From: a virus
IMG/VR virus record: IMGVR_UViG_3300035670_000038
Location: 32,001 to 96,000 of that record
Strand: one strand, 5' to 3'
DNA length: 64,000 nt
Part shown: one piece after another, positions 29,382 to 39,463 of the stretch
Position numbering within the stretch: position 1 is the first letter of the stretch
Layout of the letters: each line of letters begins with the position of its first letter
Translations under genes and position numbers: made by a program
The notes under the pieces: generated by a model
The model's input: the letters and a program-made list of their open reading frames with translations, nothing else
Database searches by the model: none
What the model was told of the DNA's origin: nothing

Positions 29382-30293
29382 ATGGCAAAGGGTTTGATTT
29401 CAATATTTACATTACCGCACGAGATTGATAATCTTCAAACAACGTTATACAATCTTCGTAGAAACTATGCGGTGATGTCTGGGCACGAATTCGGATTTGA
29501 CATAACTCTGTGTTTAAGTGATGAACTTACAGATTGGAATACTTCACAATTATCTAGAGAATACTTTGCAAGTAAGTATCGGCAAATTGTAGATAGTTTG
29601 TGTGATTGGGCAACGTTAGAAAGTATCAAGATTGAATATGGAAACACTATTCTTGGATGTGTGTCGCAACGTAGACACTCATTAAAATTCTTGAATAAAT
29701 ATGATTTCACGATGTGGTTAGACAATGATATGTTTTTCAATGATTATCTGTTGGCATATGTTGGTACATCGGTAAATATGTTATTAGAACAAGGTATAGA
29801 ACACTATGTTCTCACACCACAGATTACACGGCAGTGGGATGAAACGTGGGATGTCATTGTCAACAAAGATTTGTTAGATAGACCACTCAATGACAATTTA
29901 ACCGCCGATGTATTTGACTTGGGTTTAACACCGAGTGGTAATGTTGGATTACGACCAATAGAAACCTTTAAAGCTGCGGGTGGATGGTGTACAACAATTA
30001 GTAATGATTTGTTAGAACTTACTGGTATTCCAGATTCATTCGGTCATTACGGATTGGAAGATACATATGTCTTAGTGTGTGCAGATTTACTTCGTAGAAT
30101 GAATCGTAAAGAAAAACCACAACAGTTTGTAATTGACAATTTGATTGTTGGTGAAAACCACAGATATCAAACTAGTGATTACTTGAAGAATCATCTTGTA
30201 TCTTTCGATAGAAAAGATGAGTTTAGACAAATAGCAACAAACAACTTTAATAGTGAGATTGAAAAGTTTATCCAACGGATGCTTCAACAATGA
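29382..30293 (+). CDS. putative GT-A glycosyltransferase
   Basis: WLDND DxD motif; GHYGLEDT. Confidence 0.6.
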   Translation: MAKGLISIFTLPHEIDNLQTTLYNLRRNYAVMSGHEFGFDITLCLSDELTDWNTSQLSREYFASKYRQIVDSLCDWATLESIKIEYGNTILGCVSQRRHSLKFLNKYDFTMWLDNDMFFNDYLLAYVGTSVNMLLEQGIEHYVLTPQITRQWDETWDVIVNKDLLDRPLNDNLTADVFDLGLTPSGNVGLRPIETFKAAGGWCTTISNDLLELTGIPDSFGHYGLEDTYVLVCADLLRRMNRKEKPQQFVIDNLIVGENHRYQTSDYLKNHLVSFDRKDEFRQIATNNFNSEIEKFIQRMLQQ

Positions 30294-31048
30294 AAATCTT
30301 TTACAGAATATCAGAATCTACTAATTCACAACACGCAGCTGCAAGAACGTGGCAAGTGAAACTTCCAAATGCAACAAAAAAGAATTGCTTACTCAATACG
30401 ATGGAATGTTTTCCAACCGCAGAGATAAAAGTGTTTGTAGACTCAATTACCGATGAAACGTGGAATTGGTTACACACTCTCCCACGAATCACTATCCAGA
30501 AGATTAATGAAGGTTCTGATGCAAAGTCTATGCGGGTGTTATTGAAGGAAGCAGTATTATTAGAAGATGATAATCAAATCGTATTGTTCCAAGAAGATGA
30601 TTATCTATATCTACCTGGGTCAGAGAAGAAGATAATAGAAGCATTAAACTATTCTCACTACGCTACTGGATATTTACATCCCGACAAGTTTTGGCATCCA
30701 AGTCGTGGTGGTAATCCATTCACTCCGATGGATAATGTGTCCGAAGCAACACAAGTCATAAAAACTTCTGACCATTTCTGGATGGTTACAAACTCCACAA
30801 CAAACACATTCGCAACCACGGTTGGTGTATTAAAGGAAGATATTGATGTGTGGATGTGGGGAACAGAAGATTTAATTAATACAAAAGACTTCGCAATCTT
30901 TCTTAAACTTCGTGAGAAGGGTCGAGCATTGGTGCAACCACTACCATCATTAGCAACACATTGTCTCAAAGGATACGAAGCACCTACTGTTGGATTAGAT
31001 ATTGATTCTTGGGAAAGCATACAACCCTTGACACCAACCACAGAGTAG
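30290..31048 (+). CDS. putative glycosyltransferase
   Basis: FQEDDYLY, Y.HPDK, STT.TFA, PSLATH. Confidence 0.6.
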   Translation: MKIFYRISESTNSQHAAARTWQVKLPNATKKNCLLNTMECFPTAEIKVFVDSITDETWNWLHTLPRITIQKINEGSDAKSMRVLLKEAVLLEDDNQIVLFQEDDYLYLPGSEKKIIEALNYSHYATGYLHPDKFWHPSRGGNPFTPMDNVSEATQVIKTSDHFWMVTNSTTNTFATTVGVLKEDIDVWMWGTEDLINTKDFAIFLKLREKGRALVQPLPSLATHCLKGYEAPTVGLDIDSWESIQPLTPTTE

Positions 31049-31056
31049 TTTATATT
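31028..31056 (+). promoter_or_regulatory. sigma70-like promoter TTGACA-17-TATATT
   Basis: ttgaca ccaaccacagagtagtt tatatt. Confidence 0.65.
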
Positions 31057-31089
31057 TATATCTTAGAACCCTTAACATAATATATTATA

Positions 31090-32130
31090 ATGATTAATAA
31101 AGTATTAATTACGGGCGTAGGTGGACTATTGGGTTCACGACTCGCAGATTGGATTTTAGCAAATAAACCAGGTGTAGAAGTTATTGGTATTGACGATTTT
31201 AGTGGTGGATATAGAGAGAACGTTGACCCACGGGTAAAATTGTACGTAATGGATTTGGGTAAGCAATCCGCAGAACGTATCTTCGACGAACACAGACCCG
31301 ACCTCGTGTATCACTTCGCAGCATATGCCGCAGAAGCATTGTCTCCATTCATTCGACAATATAACTATGTAAACAATCTTCTTGCAACTGCAGGGATTGT
31401 TAATAACTGCATCAAGTATGACGTAAAGCGTATTGTCTTTACTTCATCTATGGGTGTGTATGGCTTCGGTGCAAACCAACCTCCGTTCCACGAAGATATG
31501 GCACGAGCACCAATCGATCCATATGGTATTGCAAAGGCAGCGTGTGAACAAGATATCGAAGTGGCTGGAGTCCAACACGGATTAGATTGGTGTATCATCC
31601 GTCCACACAACGTGTTCGGTGCAAAGCAAAACATTTGGGACAGTTACAGAAACGTTCTTGGTATCTGGATGTACAAGCATCTTACTGGTCAACCGTTAAC
31701 TATCTTTGGTGATGGAGAACAAAAACGTGCATTCAGTTGTATTGATGACTCATTAGAACCACTCTGGAATGCTGGAACCTATGAGAAGGCATCCAAGCAG
31801 ATTATCAACCTTGGTGGTATTCACGAATATAGTATCAACATAGCAGCACAGACATTGATTGGGGTTATGGGTGGTGGTCGAGTCAAGTATCTCCCACCCC
31901 GTCACGAAGTCAAGTACGCATATCCAACGTGGCAGAAGTCGGTTGATATTCTTGGGTTCCAACACAAGACCGATTTGTATGAAGGATTACAGAAGATGTG
32001 GGATTGGGCTAAGTTCCAACCAGAACGTCCTCGTCAAATCTGGGGAACCTATGAAGTAGATAAGAACATTTATCCGTTCTGGAAAACGGATGTACTTGTA
32101 ACTGAGGCGAAAACGGCAAAATTAATATGA
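31090..32130 (+). CDS. NAD-dependent epimerase/dehydratase (GalE-like)
   Basis: TGVGGLLGS, FTSS, YGIAK, RPHNVFG, GDGEQKRAF. Confidence 0.88.
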   Translation: MINKVLITGVGGLLGSRLADWILANKPGVEVIGIDDFSGGYRENVDPRVKLYVMDLGKQSAERIFDEHRPDLVYHFAAYAAEALSPFIRQYNYVNNLLATAGIVNNCIKYDVKRIVFTSSMGVYGFGANQPPFHEDMARAPIDPYGIAKAACEQDIEVAGVQHGLDWCIIRPHNVFGAKQNIWDSYRNVLGIWMYKHLTGQPLTIFGDGEQKRAFSCIDDSLEPLWNAGTYEKASKQIINLGGIHEYSINIAAQTLIGVMGGGRVKYLPPRHEVKYAYPTWQKSVDILGFQHKTDLYEGLQKMWDWAKFQPERPRQIWGTYEVDKNIYPFWKTDVLVTEAKTAKLI

Positions 32131-32918
32131 TTTCTGTAATCGTTCCTTCGTATCGTAATCCAAAATATTTGGATTTATGTTTACACTCTCTCACGAGAGG
32201 ACAATATAACAATAATCAGATTGTAGTGATATTGGATGGGTATGTTGAAGAAAGTGAAGCAGTGGTCAATAGGCATAAGGGTGTTGATGTCATTCCACTT
32301 CCAGAAAACAAAGGGATGCAACACGCAATCAATATCGGTGTCTGGAATGCTACAAGTGATAAGATATTCGTCATTAATGATGACAATGTGTTTGCACCGA
32401 TGTGGGACAAGAAATTAGAAACACAATATAGTCCAGATGAAATCTTGACGGTCAATCAAATAGAACCAACTGGTCCTGGGATGTTTAACTTTCCCGTGCT
32501 TGATTGTGGACAGACGGTTGAGACATTTGATATGGAAAAGTTTATTGATGAGGAACGCCGACTATCGGTAAACAAAAAAACACCAGATGGAAACATCTTC
32601 CCATTCTTGATGAATAAGAAGTGGTTTATGGCTGTAGGTGGATTCGATACGTTCTACAATTCACCAAACCTTTGTGATTGGGACTTCTTCGCAAAGTTGG
32701 AACTCATTCCAGGATTATCCAGAGCAAGAACACACTTCTTACATTCGTACCACTTTGGTTCGGTTTCAACTAAGAAGAACTCGGAAGCACAGAAGTTCAG
32801 AGAACGAGAACAATTTGCATTACAACAGTATTATTATAAGTGGAGATTCCCTCCACAGAATGGTAAAAACAACTTAAAGGTTCCGAAGGGGTTTTATGAA
32901 AATAGAGTATCAGTTTGA
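32127..32918 (+). CDS. GT2-family glycosyltransferase
   Basis: ISVIVPSYRN, N.G...AIN.G, NDD, GGFD, DWDF. Confidence 0.85.
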   Translation: MISVIVPSYRNPKYLDLCLHSLTRGQYNNNQIVVILDGYVEESEAVVNRHKGVDVIPLPENKGMQHAINIGVWNATSDKIFVINDDNVFAPMWDKKLETQYSPDEILTVNQIEPTGPGMFNFPVLDCGQTVETFDMEKFIDEERRLSVNKKTPDGNIFPFLMNKKWFMAVGGFDTFYNSPNLCDWDFFAKLELIPGLSRARTHFLHSYHFGSVSTKKNSEAQKFREREQFALQQYYYKWRFPPQNGKNNLKVPKGFYENRVSV

Positions 32919-33258
32919 AAATCCAGAAATAGTAGCACAAATCGAACGGGATTATCCGGAGATGATGGCAGAGTACCAGAAGATTATGATGGAACAATAC
33001 GAAACCTTTTGTCGTAAACAATCCAATTATGGTCCTGGTAACATTTCGGTGGGTACTTCGTTATCAACTCCAGATGACATAAAATTGTCTTTAACTGGAC
33101 TCTGGTTCCGTATGAACGATAAGATACAGAGATTAAAAAACCTTGTGGTATTGGGTAAGCATGACAATGTAGGTGAGGCGGTGGAAGATACCTTCCAAGA
33201 CCTGTCAGTATATGGGGTCATCTGCCAGTTGGTTAATCGTGGTAAGTGGGCAAAATAA
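32896..33258 (+). CDS. nucleotide-modification-associated domain 1 (DUF1599-like) protein
   Basis: K..NYG..N, RMNDKIQRLKNL, E..EDT..DL.VY. Confidence 0.75.
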   Translation: MKIEYQFENPEIVAQIERDYPEMMAEYQKIMMEQYETFCRKQSNYGPGNISVGTSLSTPDDIKLSLTGLWFRMNDKIQRLKNLVVLGKHDNVGEAVEDTFQDLSVYGVICQLVNRGKWAK

Positions 33259-33283
33259 CTTTATAATAGGAGCTAGGACAACT

Positions 33284-33490
33284 ATGCCAAAGTGGCAAGG
33301 CGATGTAGTGTTTGATGACGATGATGATTACTTCGATGACGAACTCGACTATTACGAGGACGAGTTTGGGTTAGAAGATGATTATGAAGGGTTTGAGAAA
33401 ATCCGCCACCCCCGCAAATCAGAAGAAGAATTCAAGGGTGGAAAGAAAAAGTCAAGCATTAAGCACCAAAAGCGTCCAGATAAGGAATAA
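33284..33490 (+). CDS. small acidic/basic hypothetical protein
   Basis: D/E-rich N-terminus, K-rich C-terminus. Confidence 0.5.
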   Translation: MPKWQGDVVFDDDDDYFDDELDYYEDEFGLEDDYEGFEKIRHPRKSEEEFKGGKKKSSIKHQKRPDKE

Positions 33491-33536
33491 CTCCATACTT
33501 ATCAACTATTTATATTAGTCTCAAACTTGGTATTGT

Positions 33537-35495
33537 ATGAGTGATTTATTACAAGAAGTTGTAAACGAAATATTATTACTTGGTGAAGCTGGGAAATCTA
33601 AGAAATATCCAGGGTACTACAAGATGCCTGGATTTGACCTTTACGCAACTGACCCAAACTCAACCGTAGCCACCCACAAAGTAGATAAAGCAACTGGAAA
33701 ATTAGTTGTCATACAGGACAAAGAGCCATCCATTGGGGATAAACCTAAAGCAGCTGATACAACCCCAGCTGCACAACGTAAGGGTGTAGTTCCACAAGCG
33801 AAACCAATTGACACGACCAAGTTAAAAAAGTTAGCCGATAGACTTTCTGCTAAAGGTGACACAAGACGAGCAGAAGTTGTGTCGAATTTAACAGCAGCAC
33901 TAGAATCCGGCGACCAATCACAAATCAAAGACATTGTAGATAAACTTGGACTGTATATCAGCAAGGAAGGGAAATTAAAAGCTACCAGTTTAGGTGCTAC
34001 AAGTGATGAAAGAAAAGTAGCTGGAGATAACAAAGATTTTGCAAGATATATTTACGATATGGCAAAATCAAATGGTGTGGAAATCCCAGGAGAATCAGAC
34101 GAAACAAGTGAATCTCCAGAACCACAAGCCAGTTCAGAAGAATTCAAACCACAATCTGTTTTCCGCCAAGACAAGTTAGACCAACTTGATGTAAAAGATA
34201 CCGATGGTGGTGTGGAAGTGGAAGGTGTGAAGTTAGAAGAAATTACCGATGAAGCCAAAATCACTGAAATAGAAAATGATATTGTAAATCGTGCAAAACA
34301 AACACGAGGTGGTGAATTGACTCCTGAGCACGAAGATCGTATCCGTAAATATGTTCGTGCAAGAATAGAAGCTAATAATCATAACATACAATATCTTAGA
34401 GATGTCGCAAATCGTGGTGGAAAATTACCAGCACATCAATTTACTGGTGAAGAAGGAAGTAAAAGAATTGTAGAACGAACAACTCCATTACTTGAACAAC
34501 ATATCCCAAACGAAAAGAAACGAGCAGAAGCACAATCTGCACTAGATGACATGGCTTCGGCAAAGACTCCAAGAGAATTTAACGCTGCGTATGAAAGATT
34601 CTCCAAAGCAGTAAAGGGAACTGCCATACAAAAGAATATGAAGTACGTTGCGGAAACACTGACCGCTTTACGAGTAACGGCAATGGGAGGTACCGCGTTA
34701 ATTCCACAATCTGATTCGTTCCCATTGGCAGACGTAATATCGGTGAAAAGAAGTCCAATTACTGGTGAAGTTGATATCGAACAAATTTTAGTTGATGTGG
34801 ACGAAGAGCAGGAAGTTACCACAGCAGGATCTGTAAAGGTAGGTAAAGGTGCTGGTAGTGGTAACAAACCAAAGATAGAAAACAGTAGATTTGATACTGG
34901 TGAAGTAGACGGTGTTGATTGTTCGGAGGTCGTTGATGATTTGAGTAGTATGACTGATATATCATCACGTAACGCTATTTTCACACCAACACAGGATGGG
35001 CAACCAACACCAGAAGCAAAGAAACAAATAATGGGATGGTTGAAAAAATATGGTCCTATGGTACGTGCGTACTTTGGAATTGAAGATGAAATGAGTGACG
35101 AAGAATTATATGAATTCTTGTCATATGGTAAAGAAATGACATGTGTTGATGGAAAACCATCACCGACACCTGATGGGCCGAATGGTAAACCATTTAAACA
35201 AGCAGAAAAACCAAATGGTGGACAATGGAGAGCATGGAGTGTGGTGGGTAGATTAACCGAAGCAGTGCATAACAGAACTGTAAGGCAGCAATATTATCAC
35301 ACAGTACGATATAATGGTGTTGTAAAAACTGCCGATGGTATCCGTAGACTTTCTAAAATGGCATTTCAACCATTTAAAAACGAAGCGAAGATGAAAGGTA
35401 CAGAAGGAAATACACGACCAGACCAAGCACAGAATGGATTTACAATTCCTGCTACAATAGAAGAAACAGCAAACGGTAACCCTTGTACACAATAA
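33537..35495 (+). CDS. large hypothetical protein, possibly virion-associated
   Basis: 652-aa ORF; ACTATTTAT motif upstream; L..E...E..L N-terminus reminiscent of head-packaged proteins. Confidence 0.6.
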   Translation: MSDLLQEVVNEILLLGEAGKSKKYPGYYKMPGFDLYATDPNSTVATHKVDKATGKLVVIQDKEPSIGDKPKAADTTPAAQRKGVVPQAKPIDTTKLKKLADRLSAKGDTRRAEVVSNLTAALESGDQSQIKDIVDKLGLYISKEGKLKATSLGATSDERKVAGDNKDFARYIYDMAKSNGVEIPGESDETSESPEPQASSEEFKPQSVFRQDKLDQLDVKDTDGGVEVEGVKLEEITDEAKITEIENDIVNRAKQTRGGELTPEHEDRIRKYVRARIEANNHNIQYLRDVANRGGKLPAHQFTGEEGSKRIVERTTPLLEQHIPNEKKRAEAQSALDDMASAKTPREFNAAYERFSKAVKGTAIQKNMKYVAETLTALRVTAMGGTALIPQSDSFPLADVISVKRSPITGEVDIEQILVDVDEEQEVTTAGSVKVGKGAGSGNKPKIENSRFDTGEVDGVDCSEVVDDLSSMTDISSRNAIFTPTQDGQPTPEAKKQIMGWLKKYGPMVRAYFGIEDEMSDEELYEFLSYGKEMTCVDGKPSPTPDGPNGKPFKQAEKPNGGQWRAWSVVGRLTEAVHNRTVRQQYYHTVRYNGVVKTADGIRRLSKMAFQPFKNEAKMKGTEGNTRPDQAQNGFTIPATIEETANGNPCTQ

Positions 35496-35498
35496 TAT

Positions 35499-35735
35499 AT
35501 GGAAATCAGAGAACCAGTTTTAAAACGATTACCACCTGGAGATAGATGGGTGGAAATCAAAGGTGACCAACAACGAGTATATCCGTCACTCACCGCGGCA
35601 TTGGAATATATGTTCCAAAAGACCAGATGTAAACAATATTTCTTTGACGCAGGAGAAGGTCGAGTATATATTGTGAAGCAGGAAGCAGACCCAGAACCAG
35701 AAATTCAAACATTTAGTATATACGGTGACATGTAA
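35499..35735 (+). CDS. hypothetical protein
   Basis: PPGDRW motif; tightly packed with neighbours. Confidence 0.6.
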   Translation: MEIREPVLKRLPPGDRWVEIKGDQQRVYPSLTAALEYMFQKTRCKQYFFDAGEGRVYIVKQEADPEPEIQTFSIYGDM

Positions 35736-35737
35736 TT

Positions 35738-36403
35738 ATGAAAGTAAAATTGGTTTCGTACACAACTCCCTCCATCGATGAACTTGGTGAAGATGGTGAC
35801 ATCCTTGACTTAATTGCCTATTGTGCAAGAGTCAGTAATCCAAGTAATCAACTCAATACAGAAACATCAGAAAAATTGATTAATTATCTTATCAAATGGA
35901 AGCATTGGTCCCCATTTGAGATGGCAAACGTCACTCTTGAAATAGAAACAACACGAGATATTGCTCGTCAGATTCTCCGCCATCGGTCATTCACTTTCCA
36001 AGAGTTCAGTCAACGATACGCTGATCCTGTGAAAGAATTGACATTTGAGACACGAGAAGCACGACTTCAAGACCAAAAGAATCGTCAGAACTCTATTCAG
36101 ACTGATGATGAACTTTTACAAGACGTTTGGACGTTTATGCAGAAGAAGGTAATTGAGGAAGCCAAACTAGCATATAGTTGGGCAATTGAGAATGGTATCG
36201 CCAAGGAAGTCGCAAGAGCAGTCTTACCAGAAGGTCTTACAATGTCCCGTATGTATGTCAATGGAACTATTCGTAGTTGGATTCATTATATTGAAATCCG
36301 TAGTCACGAAGCTACCCAAAAGGAACATCGTGAAATTGCAGTGGCATGTGCAGAGGTAATTGGTAAACTTTTCCCACTAATTAACAACTTCACACATAAA
36401 TGA
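35738..36403 (+). CDS. thyX: flavin-dependent thymidylate synthase
   Basis: CARVS, HWSPFE, RQILRHRSFTFQEFSQRY, EVARAVLP, QKEHR. Confidence 0.97.
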   Translation: MKVKLVSYTTPSIDELGEDGDILDLIAYCARVSNPSNQLNTETSEKLINYLIKWKHWSPFEMANVTLEIETTRDIARQILRHRSFTFQEFSQRYADPVKELTFETREARLQDQKNRQNSIQTDDELLQDVWTFMQKKVIEEAKLAYSWAIENGIAKEVARAVLPEGLTMSRMYVNGTIRSWIHYIEIRSHEATQKEHREIAVACAEVIGKLFPLINNFTHK

Positions 36404-36524
36404 TAACCTTTTTCAGACAAATCTTTGGATGGTTGTTTTTAACCACACTTATGTTTTTTGTTGTAAGTGTGTTTACAATATCCATCGGTGTTGCTTGGTT
36501 GTGGGAACATACCGTAGGTAAATT

Positions 36525-37193
36525 ATGGCAGCTAAACGGGTAGGAACTACTAATAGAGGTAGAAAGGCGAAACCGATACTAAAGTCTGCTATTGAAGAAG
36601 CACAAAGACACACGAATAGTAATCGGCAGGCAGCGATTTGGTTGGGGGTAAGTTATCCCACCTACAAACGATATGCCAAAATATATGGTATTTTTGACCG
36701 ACACGCCAATCCATTAGGGTTGGGGACAACCAAAGGATTTGGTAAAAGACCAAGTACCATATCTTTACGAGACATCTTCGCTAACAAACATCCAGAATAT
36801 AGTATGATACGATTAAAGTATCGTATGGTAGCTCGTAATATGTTGGACGAGAAATGTGGTGTTTGTGGATTTAACGAACGACGAATTACTGACAATAAGA
36901 CTCCCTTGATGTTGACATTTAAGAACCAGATAGGGGATTTCACCAGAGACAACCTTCGCCTTTTGTGCTACAACTGTATGTTCCTCACGACAGGTGCCCC
37001 TTGGGTAGCACACCAGAAGCAAATCGTAAATAGCCTCACCAATCCAAATGCCAAACCCAGAAGAGATGACGAACCTCGTTATATGGACGCACTAGATGTA
37101 GCCGAGGACACAGAAATAGAACAAACCGTAGAAGAAAAGCGGGATGATATTCGTGACCTTCAAGCTGAAATACTTCGTGAATTGGGGAGATAG
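36525..37193 (+). CDS. HTH plus HNH-like zinc-binding protein
   Basis: AAIWLGVSY.TYKRY; C..C ... N.R.LCYNC. Confidence 0.55.
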   Translation: MAAKRVGTTNRGRKAKPILKSAIEEAQRHTNSNRQAAIWLGVSYPTYKRYAKIYGIFDRHANPLGLGTTKGFGKRPSTISLRDIFANKHPEYSMIRLKYRMVARNMLDEKCGVCGFNERRITDNKTPLMLTFKNQIGDFTRDNLRLLCYNCMFLTTGAPWVAHQKQIVNSLTNPNAKPRRDDEPRYMDALDVAEDTEIEQTVEEKRDDIRDLQAEILRELGR

Positions 37194-37254
37194 CGTTTAA
37201 TTTTTGACTTCACTATTTATAGTACCCTTTCACAATTAAACTTGGAGAATCACG

Positions 37255-37425
37255 ATGTCCGAAAACGAAATGTTACGGGAAATCGTGGAAGAAATCTCTC
37301 CTCGCCAAGTCTTTCATCAGGATACCAAGAGGCAAGACCTCCGTGAATGGAATATCCAGATGTATTACGAAGCGATGGGAATGGATTTCCTACACGATAC
37401 TGACTACGTAGAAGAACAACAATAA
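37255..37425 (+). CDS. small hypothetical protein
   Basis: GGAG RBS; ACTATTTAT upstream; 56 aa. Confidence 0.5.
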   Translation: MSENEMLREIVEEISPRQVFHQDTKRQDLREWNIQMYYEAMGMDFLHDTDYVEEQQ

Positions 37426-37432
37426 GGTATTT

Positions 37433-38461
37433 ATGGCAAAATATACAATCTATTTACCACTGGGGCAATCCCAGTCTTTTCCTGTTGGAACTATATTTGA
37501 AAAACATATGTATGTCACCGATGTGTTGGCATACGAACTCAAAAAAGAATTGTATTTAATGGGACACAAGGTGGATATAGCATATGTTCCTATTAATTCT
37601 TTGGATGGTAAACGATTGTGTATAGACGAGTTAGGAATTGATATCACAAACAACATTCCTATATCAAGTAGTTTATGGATGTTAATAGCAAATAGAGATA
37701 CAAACAAGTTTTCCGTAATTGATTTACAAGATGGACCAGGCACTACCTTCCTTTTACAGCAACATCACAATTTTGTAATATCTTTGGTAGGGCAATTTCG
37801 TTTAGAAAGATACTATGAAGAAAATAAAGATTTAAATCTATCCAAGCTCATTCCATTTAATTATTTCGCATACTATCCAAACTTGGTGGATTCGTTGGTT
37901 GAAGAAATACAAGACATACGCTCCAGTTCCACATTGGATGATAGGGTATTTTTCTTAGGGAATAATAGAGAAGATTACGTTCATCGTGGGCGTAGAATTC
38001 GTGAGGTTATATCTTCATTGGAATATTTTTATCCAGACGAAGTACGGGTTGGTAGTTTTGAGAAAAAATTACCACCGGAAGAATTCTGGAAAGAAGCTGC
38101 AAAACACACTATAAGTTTAGGATTACCAGGTCATCAATGGTGTTCACGTGAGCATGAATTGTGGACTTTCGGATTACCTGTGATGTTATACGAACATACA
38201 CATCATATGGGTATAGAACTTATACCGAATTATCACTATGTAGCTGTTCCTGTTGGTGAACGATTATCTATCGGTATGGCAGACAATCCAGAGGAAGCTG
38301 CCCATCAAATTATGAAAACACACCGTGAATGGATTACACCAGAAAATCGGTGGAGGCTTGACAATATAGCAAAAAATGGTCAAATTAGAATGGCAAAGCA
38401 AGCTTCACCAAAAGCATGCATTCCAAAAATGATTGAACTTTTACAATTGGGTTACTGGTAA
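37433..38461 (+). CDS. hypothetical protein, possible GT-B-like glycosyltransferase
   Basis: FFLGN, SLGLPG...REHE, LIPNYHYV, IAKNG C-terminal pattern. Confidence 0.45.
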   Translation: MAKYTIYLPLGQSQSFPVGTIFEKHMYVTDVLAYELKKELYLMGHKVDIAYVPINSLDGKRLCIDELGIDITNNIPISSSLWMLIANRDTNKFSVIDLQDGPGTTFLLQQHHNFVISLVGQFRLERYYEENKDLNLSKLIPFNYFAYYPNLVDSLVEEIQDIRSSSTLDDRVFFLGNNREDYVHRGRRIREVISSLEYFYPDEVRVGSFEKKLPPEEFWKEAAKHTISLGLPGHQWCSREHELWTFGLPVMLYEHTHHMGIELIPNYHYVAVPVGERLSIGMADNPEEAAHQIMKTHREWITPENRWRLDNIAKNGQIRMAKQASPKACIPKMIELLQLGYW

Positions 38462-38462
38462 T

Positions 38463-39359
38463 ATGCAAATTATTAAATTAGAAACACCACGTAATAACTT
38501 TACGAATATCACATTTAAAAATCCAGCAGACGAACAACGATATTCCACGTTGATGTCAAATATTACCGGTGCATTTCTTCAAATAGAATATCTTTCTGTG
38601 ATTGAAGGAACTCGTGATGCTCATCTGATGTTTATCCGTCCAAATGAAGTAGAGCAACGTAAGGAAGAATTCAAGAAGTATGGGTTGGAAGTTATTCTAC
38701 TCAATAAAGAAATGGATGATATGAGTGGTGGATATGGAAATCATTCTGCTGATTGGGATGGTAGTGGAAATTATACGTGGCGTGCTATCATCACCAGACC
38801 ACAATTTATCAACACGTGGAAAGAAATCTGGGAAGCACGAGAAAAGAAAGATGTGTTTCTTGGTGAATACTTGATTGGTAGAGCACTTGGTTATCCCGAT
38901 TGTTGTTCGAAGCATTTCACCGAAGTCTGGATGCGTCGAGGTGGTGTTGATACTACGTGGCAGCAGGCAGCATGTACTGTGGCTGGAACACTTGATTATG
39001 TAGAAGCAGAAAAAACAATGGGTGATTGTAATGCAATAGAACTCCCACGCGACACACAAATTTGGGGAAGTAATCTTATCCGTTGGGCTGGGTTGAAATT
39101 CGTGACACATCTTCCGTGTTCGTTCAATTGTGTGGAAACCCGTAGAATCGCTATGGAAAATATTGCTATAGCGACAAAATATGGATTCTCTTACGAATAT
39201 CAGAAATTATATGAAATGTTAGATTGGGAAACTACGTGGACGGCAGAATTCGGTGTAGCCACGATTGATACTCCAATATTCACAATTCAGACAGTTACGG
39301 ATATTACGGCAGTTCCTTATAAAGTAATTAAAAAAGGTCATAATAATTGTATATTATAA
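38463..39359 (+). CDS. Cys-motif hypothetical protein (DUF483-like)
   Basis: LGYPDCC..F and HLPCSFNC. Confidence 0.5.
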   Translation: MQIIKLETPRNNFTNITFKNPADEQRYSTLMSNITGAFLQIEYLSVIEGTRDAHLMFIRPNEVEQRKEEFKKYGLEVILLNKEMDDMSGGYGNHSADWDGSGNYTWRAIITRPQFINTWKEIWEAREKKDVFLGEYLIGRALGYPDCCSKHFTEVWMRRGGVDTTWQQAACTVAGTLDYVEAEKTMGDCNAIELPRDTQIWGSNLIRWAGLKFVTHLPCSFNCVETRRIAMENIAIATKYGFSYEYQKLYEMLDWETTWTAEFGVATIDTPIFTIQTVTDITAVPYKVIKKGHNNCIL

Positions 39360-39376
39360 TATAATATATTATTATG

Positions 39377-39435
39377 ATTCTTAATGAAATCTTAATGTAC
39401 GGGGACTTGTCTAAAGCAGGTTCCCGTATTATCTT
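39377..39435 (+). promoter_or_regulatory. duplicated promoter element, copy 1 (CTTAAT-N5-CTTAAT box plus TTGTCT-17-TATCTT)
   Basis: 54/56 nt identical to 47115-47170. Confidence 0.8.
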
Positions 39436-39463
39436 TATAGTATAACCTCAACGAAAGGAAACT

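Noticed and set aside
13833-32918. Bacterial capsule/O-antigen locus (cellular origin of the window)
   Set aside because: No wzx/wzy/ABC export genes are present, and the island is flanked by T4-like replication genes and phage-type hypothetical proteins.
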